Assembly (NCBI GenBank): GCA_048940925.1
Contig: JBHLOC010000002.1
Location: 160,001 to 224,000, forward strand
Length of the DNA: 64,000 nucleotides
Source of the DNA: Promethearchaeota archaeon
GTDB taxonomy: Archaea; Asgardarchaeota; Lokiarchaeia; Sigyniarchaeales; SOKP01
Direction of reading: 5' to 3'
Numbering within the stretch: position 1 is the first letter of the stretch; each line of letters opens with the position of its first letter. A model generated the notes under the pieces. That model was not told where the DNA came from, searched no databases, and was given only the letters and a program-made list of their open reading frames with translations. Both the position numbers and the translations under genes were made by a program. Below, one piece after another: positions 41,448 to 51,862 of the stretch.

Positions 41448-43472
41448 TTAACCTTTTACTGCCCCTCTCGTTAAACCACTAATAATTTTCTTTTGAAATA
41501 TTAACACGGCTATTACAAGAGGAACAGTTGAAATTGATGTTGCTGCCATTAAAGCTATATCGGTATTCCATCTTGCTGTTAAACTCTGAGGATTCCTTAC
41601 ATATCTCAGTATTGCCCGAGGAACTGTATGATGTGCTGGTGAAGTTAGAAATATTTGTGCAAATAATAATTCATTCCAACTAGCGATGAAAATTAGAATT
41701 GCACATGTAAAAATGCCAGGAATAGTTAATGGAAGAATTACCTTACGAAAAATTTGAAAATTACTAGCCCCATCAACTTTAGCTGCTTTCCATAAATCCT
41801 CAGGTATTTCATGGAAGAATGCTACTAAAATAAAAACTGCTAAGGGTAAATTAAATGCAGTATAAGGTAACACTAATCCAAGTAGATTATCACGTAAATC
41901 AAGTGGTGGTAAAAATGTGCCAATAAAAATCATTTGTAAGTAAAACGGTATTATTATAATTAAAGGTGGTAAACTATTCATAGAAAAAATAAAACTATTC
42001 AAACCGCTTTTAAAAGGAAAATCAAATTTTGCTATAGCATAGGCAATAAACGACCCCACCACTATTACAACAATAACTGTGAGTCCTGCTAAAATACTAC
42101 TATTTAAAAGAGCTCTATCAAAAGTTATTCCATACACCTCTGCATGAACAAAAATTACTTGATATGCTCTCAATGATGGATAAGCGGGAAATAATTCAAA
42201 CTGTGTTTGGACTATATAGGGATCTCTGAAAGATCTACTTACAATCCAAATAAAAGGTACAGCACAAAATAAACACATCAATATTACAAGAAGCGCAAAG
42301 ATAATTTTGTGCAGATATCTTCGAATAATAAACATTTTAACTTTCGATTCTGAAATTGGTTTAAATTCTGTTTTAAATTGCGTAATATCAGAAGATTCTT
42401 CCTTATCCTCCTGTTTTAAATCATATTTTTCTTCTAGATCATTATTTTTCAATTTTGAATTAGATTTTTCAGTTGTCCCTGTTTCTCTCCTAGTAAAATA
42501 CACTATAACAAGAGCGAAAATCCCTACAAATACTAAAAGCATGACAGAAACTGCAGAAGCTAATCCATAATCACCACTTAACCATAACAAGACTGCATGA
42601 GATGTCATTGAATTAACACTTACATCATTAAAGACAACAACAGCATCATACACTCTAAGAGCTTGCATCATTCGAAATAATAATGCAACTCCAATTCCAG
42701 GTTTTATCAATGGCAAAGTAATATATCTAAATTTTTGCCATCCACTCGCTCCTGCTACTTCTCCTGCTTTGTATAAATCTTCAGGAACAATTTGTAATGC
42801 GGCCAAGATTAATAATGTGATAAAGGGAGTAGTTTTCCACACATCAATTATAATTACTGAAAACATAGTTAAAGTAATGGGTATGTCGGTGACGAAAGGA
42901 GAATATGGTACAAGACAAGGTAAGAAAAATAATGTTGGAGCATCAGCGCCATAAAAGGATACTGGTCGACCGCCAAATAGTATTAAAAGGCTATTAATCA
43001 ATCCATACTGATCTGCTGAATTGAGGATCTCAAACCTATAAAGTGTTGCAGAAGCTACCGTAGGTATCGCCCATGGTATTAAAAGTGTTGCTCGGGCAAT
43101 ACTTCTTCCTTTAAATGATTTATTGAGAAGGATTGCAAATAGTAAACCAAGTAAAAATTCTAAAGTTAGAGAGACAATTGAAAAAAATAGTGTCTGGTAA
43201 GTATAACGCCAAAAATCACGTGTATTGTAATTTCCATAGAAAAGAAGTTCATAATAGTTAGAAAGTGTGAATTGTTGGCCAAAATATTGTCCTCCAGAAG
43301 CATTTCTAAAACTAATAAAGATTCCTATAAAAATGGGAAATAGAATAACGAGTACAAATATCAGTAATGCGGGTAATAAGAGTGAAATAACAAATTTAGT
43401 ATCTTTCGGGGGCTGCTCTTTATGTTTAAAACTTTCTGGAATTTCAAATTCTTGTACCGTCAAAACATCCAT
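41448..43472 (-). CDS. Fused MalF-MalG-type sugar ABC permease
   Basis: Two permease domains, each with an EAA-like loop (KAGEVAGAS, KAAKVDGAS), joined by a charged linker; ends GLTRGAVKG. Confidence 0.9.
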   Translation of the reverse strand: MDVLTVQEFEIPESFKHKEQPPKDTKFVISLLLPALLIFVLVILFPIFIGIFISFRNASGGQYFGQQFTLSNYYELLFYGNYNTRDFWRYTYQTLFFSIVSLTLEFLLGLLFAILLNKSFKGRSIARATLLIPWAIPTVASATLYRFEILNSADQYGLINSLLILFGGRPVSFYGADAPTLFFLPCLVPYSPFVTDIPITLTMFSVIIIDVWKTTPFITLLILAALQIVPEDLYKAGEVAGASGWQKFRYITLPLIKPGIGVALLFRMMQALRVYDAVVVFNDVSVNSMTSHAVLLWLSGDYGLASAVSVMLLVFVGIFALVIVYFTRRETGTTEKSNSKLKNNDLEEKYDLKQEDKEESSDITQFKTEFKPISESKVKMFIIRRYLHKIIFALLVILMCLFCAVPFIWIVSRSFRDPYIVQTQFELFPAYPSLRAYQVIFVHAEVYGITFDRALLNSSILAGLTVIVVIVVGSFIAYAIAKFDFPFKSGLNSFIFSMNSLPPLIIIIPFYLQMIFIGTFLPPLDLRDNLLGLVLPYTAFNLPLAVFILVAFFHEIPEDLWKAAKVDGASNFQIFRKVILPLTIPGIFTCAILIFIASWNELLFAQIFLTSPAHHTVPRAILRYVRNPQSLTARWNTDIALMAATSISTVPLVIAVLIFQKKIISGLTRGAVKG

Positions 43473-43516
43473 AATTACGTACTCTTCTGATAATTAGAAT
43501 AAATTTATTTAATTAT

Positions 43517-43530
43517 AAAAAAAAAAAAAA
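43517..43530 (-). terminator. Intra-operon U14 tract between the SBP and permease genes
   Basis: 14 consecutive A on the + strand, 16 nt past the SBP stop. Confidence 0.45.
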
Positions 43531-43546
43531 GGTTTATATTAAAATT

Positions 43547-45088
43547 TTACTTGAACTTTTTTCTAGAGATTATAATAATTCCAATGATACTTGCAATTGA
43601 AAGTACTATAATAGCTACACTATAACCTGGGATTTGAGTTGGTGCTCCAGCAACAATTTCTTTTACATCTTTTTGCATTCCTGCTAATTGATCAGCAACA
43701 CTTTTCCCCGTTAATATAAGGGTAAAATAGTCTCCGATTTTATTAGAGATTTCAGGGTATTTAGGTTGAACAGGTCTTGATAAAGTTAACGATGCTTGAT
43801 CTGTCCAATTTTTAATCCATTCAAATCCACTTGGAGGATTAGCATATACTGATAATAATGCCGGGAAATTTGCTAATGCCTGTACTCCTGGTGTTTCCTT
43901 GTCAGTATCAGCTATAAGTTCTGCTTCTTGAGCTTTCTTATCCCCAAGATATTTAATAAGATTAACAGCTGCATCTCTTGCATCTCCAGTTGTAGCTTTA
44001 GGAATGGCTAAAATGGCACCTCCTACACACGAAGTTTTATATCCGGTAACTCCTTCAAAATGAGGTAATGGTGCTACGCCAAAATCCATACCTGCAGTTA
44101 TAGATCCCCCATAAGCAAAAGGCCATTGTCGCATAAATATTGCATTACCTGCCAACCATGCTCCTACAGAAGACCCTTCATCATAAGTAAGAGCAGCACG
44201 AGGGATGATATAATTATTATAAGCACTATTTGGTGCTCCGCTAAGCCCGGTTTCATTAAATTGTGTTAAATTACCTTGAACTCCTGTGTATTGAGGTGGA
44301 ACTAATGCTTGAACAAATTCCATTGCTTTTGTAACTCCTTCTGTATCAATATTAACGGCTCCTTCACTTGTAACAACATCTAACATGCCGTTACTCCCAC
44401 ACCATTCAAAGAAATTTACTACACCACCTTCATAATTATCGAACTGACCAACATATCCTCCGAGATCTCCCTCAGATCTTAGCAACATACCAGAACCATT
44501 GTTAAGGATAAAATTAGCTGTTTCATTTAATCCCTCCCAAGTACTAAAGTCTGCTTCTGACCATTTTCCAACACCAAAAAATCGATCCATCAAATCTCTT
44601 CGATAAAATAAGATCCCAAGATTCATGAAATAAGGATAAGCATAAGTCTTTCCTTTATATTGACCAGCAGCAACTATCCCGGAACCATAATCATTTAGTT
44701 CTCCACTGGTTAGATATGAATCGAGCGGAATAATCCATCCGTTAGAAGCAAAAAGAGCTGTCCAGACCACATCTAATCCAATAACATCAGCAGTTGCAGT
44801 TCCACCTTGCATCAATGTTTGCAAATTTATTAGCTGATTATCAGCAGTAGTTCCTGTAGATTTAACTGTTACTGAATTTACTCCTGTACCTAAATCTGAA
44901 TTCAAGAAATCGTCAGTAACATTTGTAACACCAGGTAATTGTTGATCTGTGACCCAAATTGTTAAATCGACACCTGCAGAAGGTTTCAAATTTGAGGCTC
45001 TAATAGGAAACACAAACATCGCAGTTGAAAATAACATTAAAAGTCCAAGTAAAGCAACTAAAGCTTTGTGGTTTACATTTTTTCTCAT
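43547..45088 (-). CDS. Trehalose/maltose-type ABC substrate-binding protein with Loki-CTERM anchor
   Basis: LDVVWTALFA, LFYRRDL, YEG, FMRQWP; C-terminal IPGY-TM-RKKFK. Confidence 0.85.
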   Translation of the reverse strand: MRKNVNHKALVALLGLLMLFSTAMFVFPIRASNLKPSAGVDLTIWVTDQQLPGVTNVTDDFLNSDLGTGVNSVTVKSTGTTADNQLINLQTLMQGGTATADVIGLDVVWTALFASNGWIIPLDSYLTSGELNDYGSGIVAAGQYKGKTYAYPYFMNLGILFYRRDLMDRFFGVGKWSEADFSTWEGLNETANFILNNGSGMLLRSEGDLGGYVGQFDNYEGGVVNFFEWCGSNGMLDVVTSEGAVNIDTEGVTKAMEFVQALVPPQYTGVQGNLTQFNETGLSGAPNSAYNNYIIPRAALTYDEGSSVGAWLAGNAIFMRQWPFAYGGSITAGMDFGVAPLPHFEGVTGYKTSCVGGAILAIPKATTGDARDAAVNLIKYLGDKKAQEAELIADTDKETPGVQALANFPALLSVYANPPSGFEWIKNWTDQASLTLSRPVQPKYPEISNKIGDYFTLILTGKSVADQLAGMQKDVKEIVAGAPTQIPGYSVAIIVLSIASIIGIIIISRKKFK

Positions 45089-45334
45089 TTTTTAAATTCG
45101 ACCCAAATTTTTTTGATTTTTGTTAAATTTTTATTTTTTACCTCTAAATTGGGATAAAAGAGGCAAAAAATTATAGAAAAAGATTATAATTATATTTAAA
45201 AACTTTACGCTAAATTTTTAAAAATCTTCGATTTTTCTTTGAATTTCTAAACAAAAATGTAATATTAGAAAAGAAATATCAATAAATTAAATGAAAACAT
45301 ATTAAAATAAAATAAATATGGTTGAAATTAAAAA

Positions 45335-46543
45335 TTGAATGCAAACTCTATTTTAGATCAATATCTTAAATTATTAGGAAATAACGTTATAAAAAGAATT
45401 AAGAAAAAAGGAAAAGAATTTGAAAACCATAAAGTTTTCCATGTAAATGCTACCAAGTTTGGAGGAGGGGTAGCTGAGATCTTACATAATATGATTCCAT
45501 TAATGCAAGAATTAAAAATTGATGTGGATTGGAAAGTCTTTACTGCCCCTGATAGTTTTTTTGAAATATCCAAGCGAATGCATAATGCATTACAGGGTAA
45601 TATGGATATTAAATTTTCTAATGAAGAGATTTCCTCATATATTTCCCAGGCTAAATCTTCATATGAACAAATACAGCCTGATGGTGATTTTATAATAATG
45701 CATGACCCTCAACCATGTCCTATTATTAAATTTGCAGAAAAGAGAATAGGAAAATGGATATGGCGGTGTCATATTGATACTTCTAACCCAAATCCTCAAG
45801 CATGGGGAATTATTTCAAAATATCTTCCATTATATGATGCTCTCATTTTTACTAAGAAAGAATTTGCCAAAGAAGATATAACCACACCTATATTTCAAAT
45901 AACACCTTCAATTAACCCATTTTCGAATAAAAATAAACATATAGAAGAAAATGAAGCAAAAGAGATTGTGCAGAAATTTGTTCCCTTAGATTTGCCTCTT
46001 ATTACTCAAGTTTCCCGATTTGATCCATGGAAGGATCCTTTAGGTGTAATCGAAGTCTATAAAAAAGTTAGTGAAAAAATACCAATTCGTTTAGCATTGA
46101 TAGGTAGCTTAGCTCATGACGATCCAGAAGGCATAAAGTGGTTAGAACAACTAAAAAATTATGCAGGTGATGATCCAAATATTCATATATTATCAAATTT
46201 AGATGGGGTTGCAGATTTGGAAGTAAATGCGTTCCAACTAATTTCTAGTATCATATTGCAAAAATCTATTAGAGAGGGCTTTGGCCTCACTGTCACTGAA
46301 GCACTCTGGAAAGGCACACCTGTGATTGGAGGAAACGTTGGAGGGATTAAACTACAGATTGAGAATGGGGTCAATGGTTTCCTAGTAGATACAATCGAGG
46401 AAGCGACAGAAAAGGTCCTTTATTTGTTAAAAAATCCCAAAAAAGCAAAAGAAATGGGTCAAAATGGTTATGAAAAAGTAAAAAATGAATTTTTATTAAT
46501 TCACCATGTAGAAAAATATTTAGATCTTTTTAAAAGCATCTAA
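45335..46543 (+). CDS. treT: Trehalose synthase (GT4 glycosyltransferring)
   Basis: NATKFGGGVAEIL, HNALQG, HDPQP, WRCHID, QVSRFDPWKDP, EGFGLTVTEALWK. Confidence 0.92.
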   Translation: MNANSILDQYLKLLGNNVIKRIKKKGKEFENHKVFHVNATKFGGGVAEILHNMIPLMQELKIDVDWKVFTAPDSFFEISKRMHNALQGNMDIKFSNEEISSYISQAKSSYEQIQPDGDFIIMHDPQPCPIIKFAEKRIGKWIWRCHIDTSNPNPQAWGIISKYLPLYDALIFTKKEFAKEDITTPIFQITPSINPFSNKNKHIEENEAKEIVQKFVPLDLPLITQVSRFDPWKDPLGVIEVYKKVSEKIPIRLALIGSLAHDDPEGIKWLEQLKNYAGDDPNIHILSNLDGVADLEVNAFQLISSIILQKSIREGFGLTVTEALWKGTPVIGGNVGGIKLQIENGVNGFLVDTIEEATEKVLYLLKNPKKAKEMGQNGYEKVKNEFLLIHHVEKYLDLFKSI

Positions 46544-46579
46544 TACTTAGCAAATTGATATAGAATTAGTGAATTTAAA

Positions 46580-47713
46580 TTGAAAGCGCCCGAGAGAGTG
46601 TTAACTACTATTAAACACAAGGAACCTGATAAAGTTCCTGCGTTTGAAAGTGCTTTTACAAATAATAAAATAATGAAACATTACGGGCTTACTCCAAGAG
46701 AACAGGATACTAATCTCTTCCAAGAGATTTTAGAAAAGAAGCAAAATTTCAAGAAATGCTATTTGACTTCTCATGAACTTTTCTGTAAAATTGGTATCGA
46801 TATTATAACAACTCTTTCTAGTCTTTTCCCACTTAAAAAGCTAAAAAAAGGAGAGGGATTTATTGATGAGTATGGAAGAATAATGAAATATGAATACTAT
46901 AAAGATAATACAGTTATTTTAGGTTACTATGGTGGAGTTTTTAATAATTTTGAAGATTATGAGAGTTGGGAAAAACCTGAGCCAAATTGGGAACCAAGAA
47001 TTAATAGTTTTTTAGCAGGAAGAGAAATTCAAAAGGATTTAAAAGATAATGTTTTTTCTATTCCATCAACAGGAGCTTTAATGGAAGATGTATGGCAGGG
47101 CTTCGGACTAGAAACATTCTCAAAAATTCTAGCAAGACCAAAGCAGGCAAAAAAACTTTTTGATGAATATGGGGGCTTTACTCTTGAACTTGTCAAAATT
47201 TTAGCAGAGCTAGATGCCCAAATAGTATTACTTTTAGATGATTATGGTTATAAAAATGGATTATTTATGAAACCCTATTATTTTCATAAATATGTTTTTC
47301 CTTGGTTAAAGCGAATATGTGATGTTGCTCATAAACGTGATTGTAAAATAATGCTTCACTCTGATGGGGATTTATTGGAAATTTTTGAAGATATTATTAA
47401 TTGTGGAGTTGATGTTATTAATCCTATCGAACCCACAACAGCAAACCCAGATTATGATATTTTCAAATTAAAAAGAAAATACGGAGATCAAATTACTTTC
47501 GCGGGTAATTTAAGTCCAATGATGTTAGCAACAGGAACGATTGATGAAATAGAGATCTATGCTAAAAAACTAATAAAAGAATTAGCACCTGGAGGAGGAT
47601 ATATTTTTAGTAGTGGTCACTCAATAAATCCTGCTATAACAGTAGATCGATTTGAAGCAATGCAAAATATTAGAAGAGAGTATGGAATATATCCTATTAA
47701 TATTCCTGATTAA
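46580..47713 (+). CDS. Uroporphyrinogen decarboxylase / MtaA-CmuA-like family protein
   Basis: EPDKVP, DDYG, HSDG, FAGN, GGGYIFSSGHSI. Confidence 0.85.
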   Translation: MKAPERVLTTIKHKEPDKVPAFESAFTNNKIMKHYGLTPREQDTNLFQEILEKKQNFKKCYLTSHELFCKIGIDIITTLSSLFPLKKLKKGEGFIDEYGRIMKYEYYKDNTVILGYYGGVFNNFEDYESWEKPEPNWEPRINSFLAGREIQKDLKDNVFSIPSTGALMEDVWQGFGLETFSKILARPKQAKKLFDEYGGFTLELVKILAELDAQIVLLLDDYGYKNGLFMKPYYFHKYVFPWLKRICDVAHKRDCKIMLHSDGDLLEIFEDIINCGVDVINPIEPTTANPDYDIFKLKRKYGDQITFAGNLSPMMLATGTIDEIEIYAKKLIKELAPGGGYIFSSGHSINPAITVDRFEAMQNIRREYGIYPINIPD

Positions 47714-47971
47714 TATTTTAAATAAAAACTGTTTTCTAGTGGATACAATCGAAAAAGTTATAAAAAAAGTATTTTATTTATTATGTCATCCAAAAATTGC
47801 TGAAAAAAGGGTAAAAAAGGAGTTTAAAAAGTAAAAAAAGAATTTCTATTAATAATCTATGTAGAAAATTATTTAGTTTTGTCCATATACTTGTCAAATC
47901 CTAATTAATACACCTTCTAATAAAAAATACTTATTATTTGATATATTATTCTTTCGTGCTTAGGATAAAAA

Positions 47972-48226
47972 TTAATGTCGTTTTTTACGATAAAAGAACA
48001 ACATCTCTGCAAGGAACATGAAAATTAAGGTGAATATTAGGCTAGTAATTATACCATATATCCAACTAAATTCTACTGAATAATTCAAATTCATTCTATA
48101 AACATTGTAAAAACCCAAAAATGAAAAATAGAAAACTAGGATACTGATGAGTATTAACCTTTTAAGACCTGTCTTTAGGTAACCAGCAAAATCGCTAAAA
48201 AATTCTTTAAATTCCATAAATATCAA
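47972..48226 (-). CDS. Small 2-TM hypothetical protein
   Basis: Two hydrophobic helices and a basic C-terminus. Confidence 0.6.
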   Translation of the reverse strand: MIFMEFKEFFSDFAGYLKTGLKRLILISILVFYFSFLGFYNVYRMNLNYSVEFSWIYGIITSLIFTLIFMFLAEMLFFYRKKRH

Positions 48227-48427
48227 ATCTTAATCATTTATTTTTAATATTCAAATGTAGAATAATTATGTAAATATAATAACAGAATTATTTTTAAATC
48301 TCTCTACCTATGATGTGGATGTAATTTAACTCTATTTATTATAGATTATAAACTTTATATAATAAAGAACATATTTTTGCTTGTTTAAATTCATAATTGA
48401 TTATTTCAAAAATATGAGGAAATTTAT

Positions 48428-49978
48428 ATGAATCTTAAAGAACTAGTAGAAACTCAGGCAGAAACGTATAAAGATAAAACATTTTTATATTGGGAAGATA
48501 AAACTGTTTCTTACTCTCAATTGAATGAGCTTACAAATAAAGTAGCTAATTTTTTATATGAATTAGGAATCAGAAAAGGAGATAAAGTAAGTGTTTACCT
48601 CCCAAATATGCCTGAATATGTATATCTTTATCTAGGTATTCCTAAAATCGGTGCGATTACTGGTCCTGTAAACGCACTGTTTAAAACTCGAGAGGTAAAA
48701 TTTGTAGTAGGGCATTCAGAAGCAAAAGTTTTGATCACAATCCCAAATTTTATGGATTTAGTAAATGAAATTAAAAGTGATCTACCTAATTTGAAACACA
48801 TCATAGTAATCGGAGAACCTATGGAGCATACATTAAATTTTTGGGAATTAATGGATAAAGCTTCAACAAATACTCCTCCTGAAGTGATTATTAATGAAAG
48901 AGAGGATCCCGCGGCAATTATCTATACATCAGGAACCACAGGATTTCCTAAAGGAGTATTACAAACCCACTTTAACATCAGGAGAAATGGTGAAATGATT
49001 CAAGAGTTTTTAAAAGCGAGAGAAGATTTTCGATTTATGTTAATTTTACCACTTTTCCATGTTAATGCTCAAGTTGTAACAGTCATGGCGCCTTTAACTA
49101 TCGGAGCTAGTTGTATATTAACTCCTGGATTCTCAGCTCAAACACACTGGGAAATTGTAGCAAAATATAAAGCATCTACGTTTAGTGCAGTGCCAACAGT
49201 GCTTTCTATATTACTTAGAATGCCACATGAAAATCTCGATCTTTCTTCATTAGAATTTGTTATTTGTGGGGCGGCTCCTTTACCTGTGGAGGTGTTCAGG
49301 GAATTTGAGAATACATTTAATTGTAAAGTTATAGAAGGGTATGGTCTTACAGAGGGCACATGCGCTTCTTCAGTTAACCCTTTGCCTACTGAAACAGAAG
49401 ATAGACGAAAAATTGGTAGTATCGGCTTACCTCTCCCTGGGAATGAAATGAAAATTGTAGACGATAAAGGTAATGATGTTCCCCCTAACACTAAAGGTGA
49501 AATTGTGATTAAAGGTGATAATATTATGAAAGAATATTTTAAAAATCCAGAAGCAAATGCTGAGACTCTCAAGGATGGCTGGTTATATACAGGCGATATT
49601 GGACATATGGATGAAGACGGATTTTTTTATATCACAGATCGTAAAAAAGATATGATCATTCGAGGTGGAGAAAATATATATCCTAGAGAAATAGAAGAAG
49701 TGCTTTATGCTCATCCTGATGTGTCATTAGCAACTGTTATTGGGGTACGAGATGAGATCTATGGAGAACTTCCCAAAGCATTTATAGTATTAAAAGAAAG
49801 AAAATCTCTAACTACCGATGATATTATTGAACATTGTAAGAAAAATCTCGCTAATTTTAAAGTTCCAAAGTATGTAGAGTTTAGGAATGATCTTCCTAAG
49901 ACACCGACAGGGAAGATAATGAAACAACCTCTCCGAGAAGAAGAAGAAGAAAAAACTGGAAAGATCTTTAATTCTTAA
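48428..49978 (+). CDS. Long-chain fatty-acid--CoA ligase
   Basis: YTSGTTGFPKG, EGYGLTE, TGDIG, DRKKD, PKTPTGKI. Confidence 0.93.
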   Translation: MNLKELVETQAETYKDKTFLYWEDKTVSYSQLNELTNKVANFLYELGIRKGDKVSVYLPNMPEYVYLYLGIPKIGAITGPVNALFKTREVKFVVGHSEAKVLITIPNFMDLVNEIKSDLPNLKHIIVIGEPMEHTLNFWELMDKASTNTPPEVIINEREDPAAIIYTSGTTGFPKGVLQTHFNIRRNGEMIQEFLKAREDFRFMLILPLFHVNAQVVTVMAPLTIGASCILTPGFSAQTHWEIVAKYKASTFSAVPTVLSILLRMPHENLDLSSLEFVICGAAPLPVEVFREFENTFNCKVIEGYGLTEGTCASSVNPLPTETEDRRKIGSIGLPLPGNEMKIVDDKGNDVPPNTKGEIVIKGDNIMKEYFKNPEANAETLKDGWLYTGDIGHMDEDGFFYITDRKKDMIIRGGENIYPREIEEVLYAHPDVSLATVIGVRDEIYGELPKAFIVLKERKSLTTDDIIEHCKKNLANFKVPKYVEFRNDLPKTPTGKIMKQPLREEEEEKTGKIFNS

Positions 49979-50185
49979 TCTTTTTCAAATTTTACTATTT
50001 TTTTTTAGATTAGATTTCAATAATTAGAGAATTTATAAAAAACCTGCATTCCAATATGAATATTTAAAAGCTTAGTTTTATATTTAAATTCAAAAGAAAT
50101 TCAATATTAACATATTTTAAATTAAGATATGCATTAAATATATTACAAAAATTAATCTAATGTCATTAGGAGCTGTGTTAAAATT

Positions 50186-51862
50186 ATAAAAAAGAGAACG
50201 ATTTTAATTGTAGTTTTCGCAATAACATCTGTTATTGTTCAGTTATTTGGAATTCCATATTTAGGTATTAAATCTACATCTCATGACCTTGAATTCGAAT
50301 ATGTCTATAATTGGGACTTAACAGGAACAGGAGGATGGTACGACGGATATAAAGAGACTTTTAGAGCAAAAGGACATTACACTATTGATTTTAATGGGAA
50401 TTTTGCGAATGTAACTGCTCGCGTTTCATGGAAATTTTCTGAAAACTATTATGGTTCTTCCCAAAAAAGCGTAGATACTTATGAGTTTTCATATTCGCTA
50501 GATAATGGTGCGTATATATGGGGAACTGACCAAGATGTCCTTAACACAACTAATATGAATGTTTGGTTTCATATTCCTGGAGGGATTAAAGCTCCTCAAT
50601 ATGATATTCTCGATACTTCATATAAAGTAATCAGTGGAGAACATCTTATTTGGGTTGGATATTTAATGCCTTTTAGTGGAAAGAAACTTCATAGTGAGGG
50701 CCAATATTTTCGAGATGATGAGCTTGGGAAATTTGATGCTAAATATAGAGTAGATAATTTCTTTACGAAAAATGGTTATTTAATTGGAGAGATTTATACA
50801 GAAACAGATGATGGTTACGATAGAGACACGGGAGATTGGTCCGAATTTAAATTGAATTCCTATGTCTTCATTACATCTTCTAGTTATCTAAGACCTTTTA
50901 ATTTTGGAATGTACTTTTTAGCATACTGGGGACCTATATTATTTTTTATGATTCTTTTTTACGTAGTATATGAAAACCTCCGCTGGAAATCAAGGATAAT
51001 TCCCAAAGGAGATATAGAAATTGTTGTTGAAAGAAATCTTCCTAACTTTGTGAAATTTGAAATACAATCTGCTTATTCAGAAATGATACCATCCTATTTA
51101 GTTAGAGCAAGATCTCATGATAAGAGAATTATTAGTGCTCATAAAAATGGAGTAGTAGAAGGAATAGGATTTATTGAACCAAATGGGAAAATCGGTACAT
51201 TTTATGGTAACTACATCTGGGATATGATAAACTATACAAAAGTAAAATACGCATTCACTGAAATTGGAAGGAATTTAAAAGGTTTTCGCACAATCGAAAA
51301 ATATAATATCCTTGAAATTAATAATCTCCAGCAAAGAGATTTAAGTTTTGACACTGCTCATATTAAACCTGTTGAGGAGAAACATCTAGATGCCATCATG
51401 AAAATGGTCGCAAATGAAGATAGAGGTAAAAAAAGCAAGAAATATGCAAAATGGGTTTCTAAATCTTATGAGGATGATATCGCAGTTATAGCTACTGCTT
51501 CAAGCACAGAAACATGGGTTCAGTCTATAATGTCGGATTTATATCAGAGTAAATATCCTAAACCAGAATCTATAGCTAATGAAATAATATTGGGTGTAGG
51601 TTTTACTACTCCTGGAGAAGAAACTGGATGGTTATATGGACTTTACGTCCATCCTGCTTTTAGAAATCATGGGCTAGGGAGAACACTTGTATTAGCCCGA
51701 CTTTCAGCGCTCAAGGAAATAGGATGTATACGAGCAATTACAGAAATTGCTGAATGGAATAGTCCTGCTAAAAAGATATATGATGATTATAATGCTCAAA
51801 TAGTAGGTACAATATATCTTTTAGGTAAAAAGATGCCAAAAGTTAAGGTGAGACACTACTGA
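50186..51862 (+). CDS. Receptor-like membrane GNAT acetyltransferase (signal peptide, ectodomain, TM, GNAT); non-AUG start
   Basis: Frame open from 50156 with no ATG/GTG/TTG until 50555. ATA 50186 gives (M)KKRTILIVVFAITSVIVQLFG. TM FLAYWGPILFFMILFYVV; GNAT LYVHPAFRNHGLG..NSPAKKIY. Confidence 0.8.
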   Translation: MKKRTILIVVFAITSVIVQLFGIPYLGIKSTSHDLEFEYVYNWDLTGTGGWYDGYKETFRAKGHYTIDFNGNFANVTARVSWKFSENYYGSSQKSVDTYEFSYSLDNGAYIWGTDQDVLNTTNMNVWFHIPGGIKAPQYDILDTSYKVISGEHLIWVGYLMPFSGKKLHSEGQYFRDDELGKFDAKYRVDNFFTKNGYLIGEIYTETDDGYDRDTGDWSEFKLNSYVFITSSSYLRPFNFGMYFLAYWGPILFFMILFYVVYENLRWKSRIIPKGDIEIVVERNLPNFVKFEIQSAYSEMIPSYLVRARSHDKRIISAHKNGVVEGIGFIEPNGKIGTFYGNYIWDMINYTKVKYAFTEIGRNLKGFRTIEKYNILEINNLQQRDLSFDTAHIKPVEEKHLDAIMKMVANEDRGKKSKKYAKWVSKSYEDDIAVIATASSTETWVQSIMSDLYQSKYPKPESIANEIILGVGFTTPGEETGWLYGLYVHPAFRNHGLGRTLVLARLSALKEIGCIRAITEIAEWNSPAKKIYDDYNAQIVGTIYLLGKKMPKVKVRHY

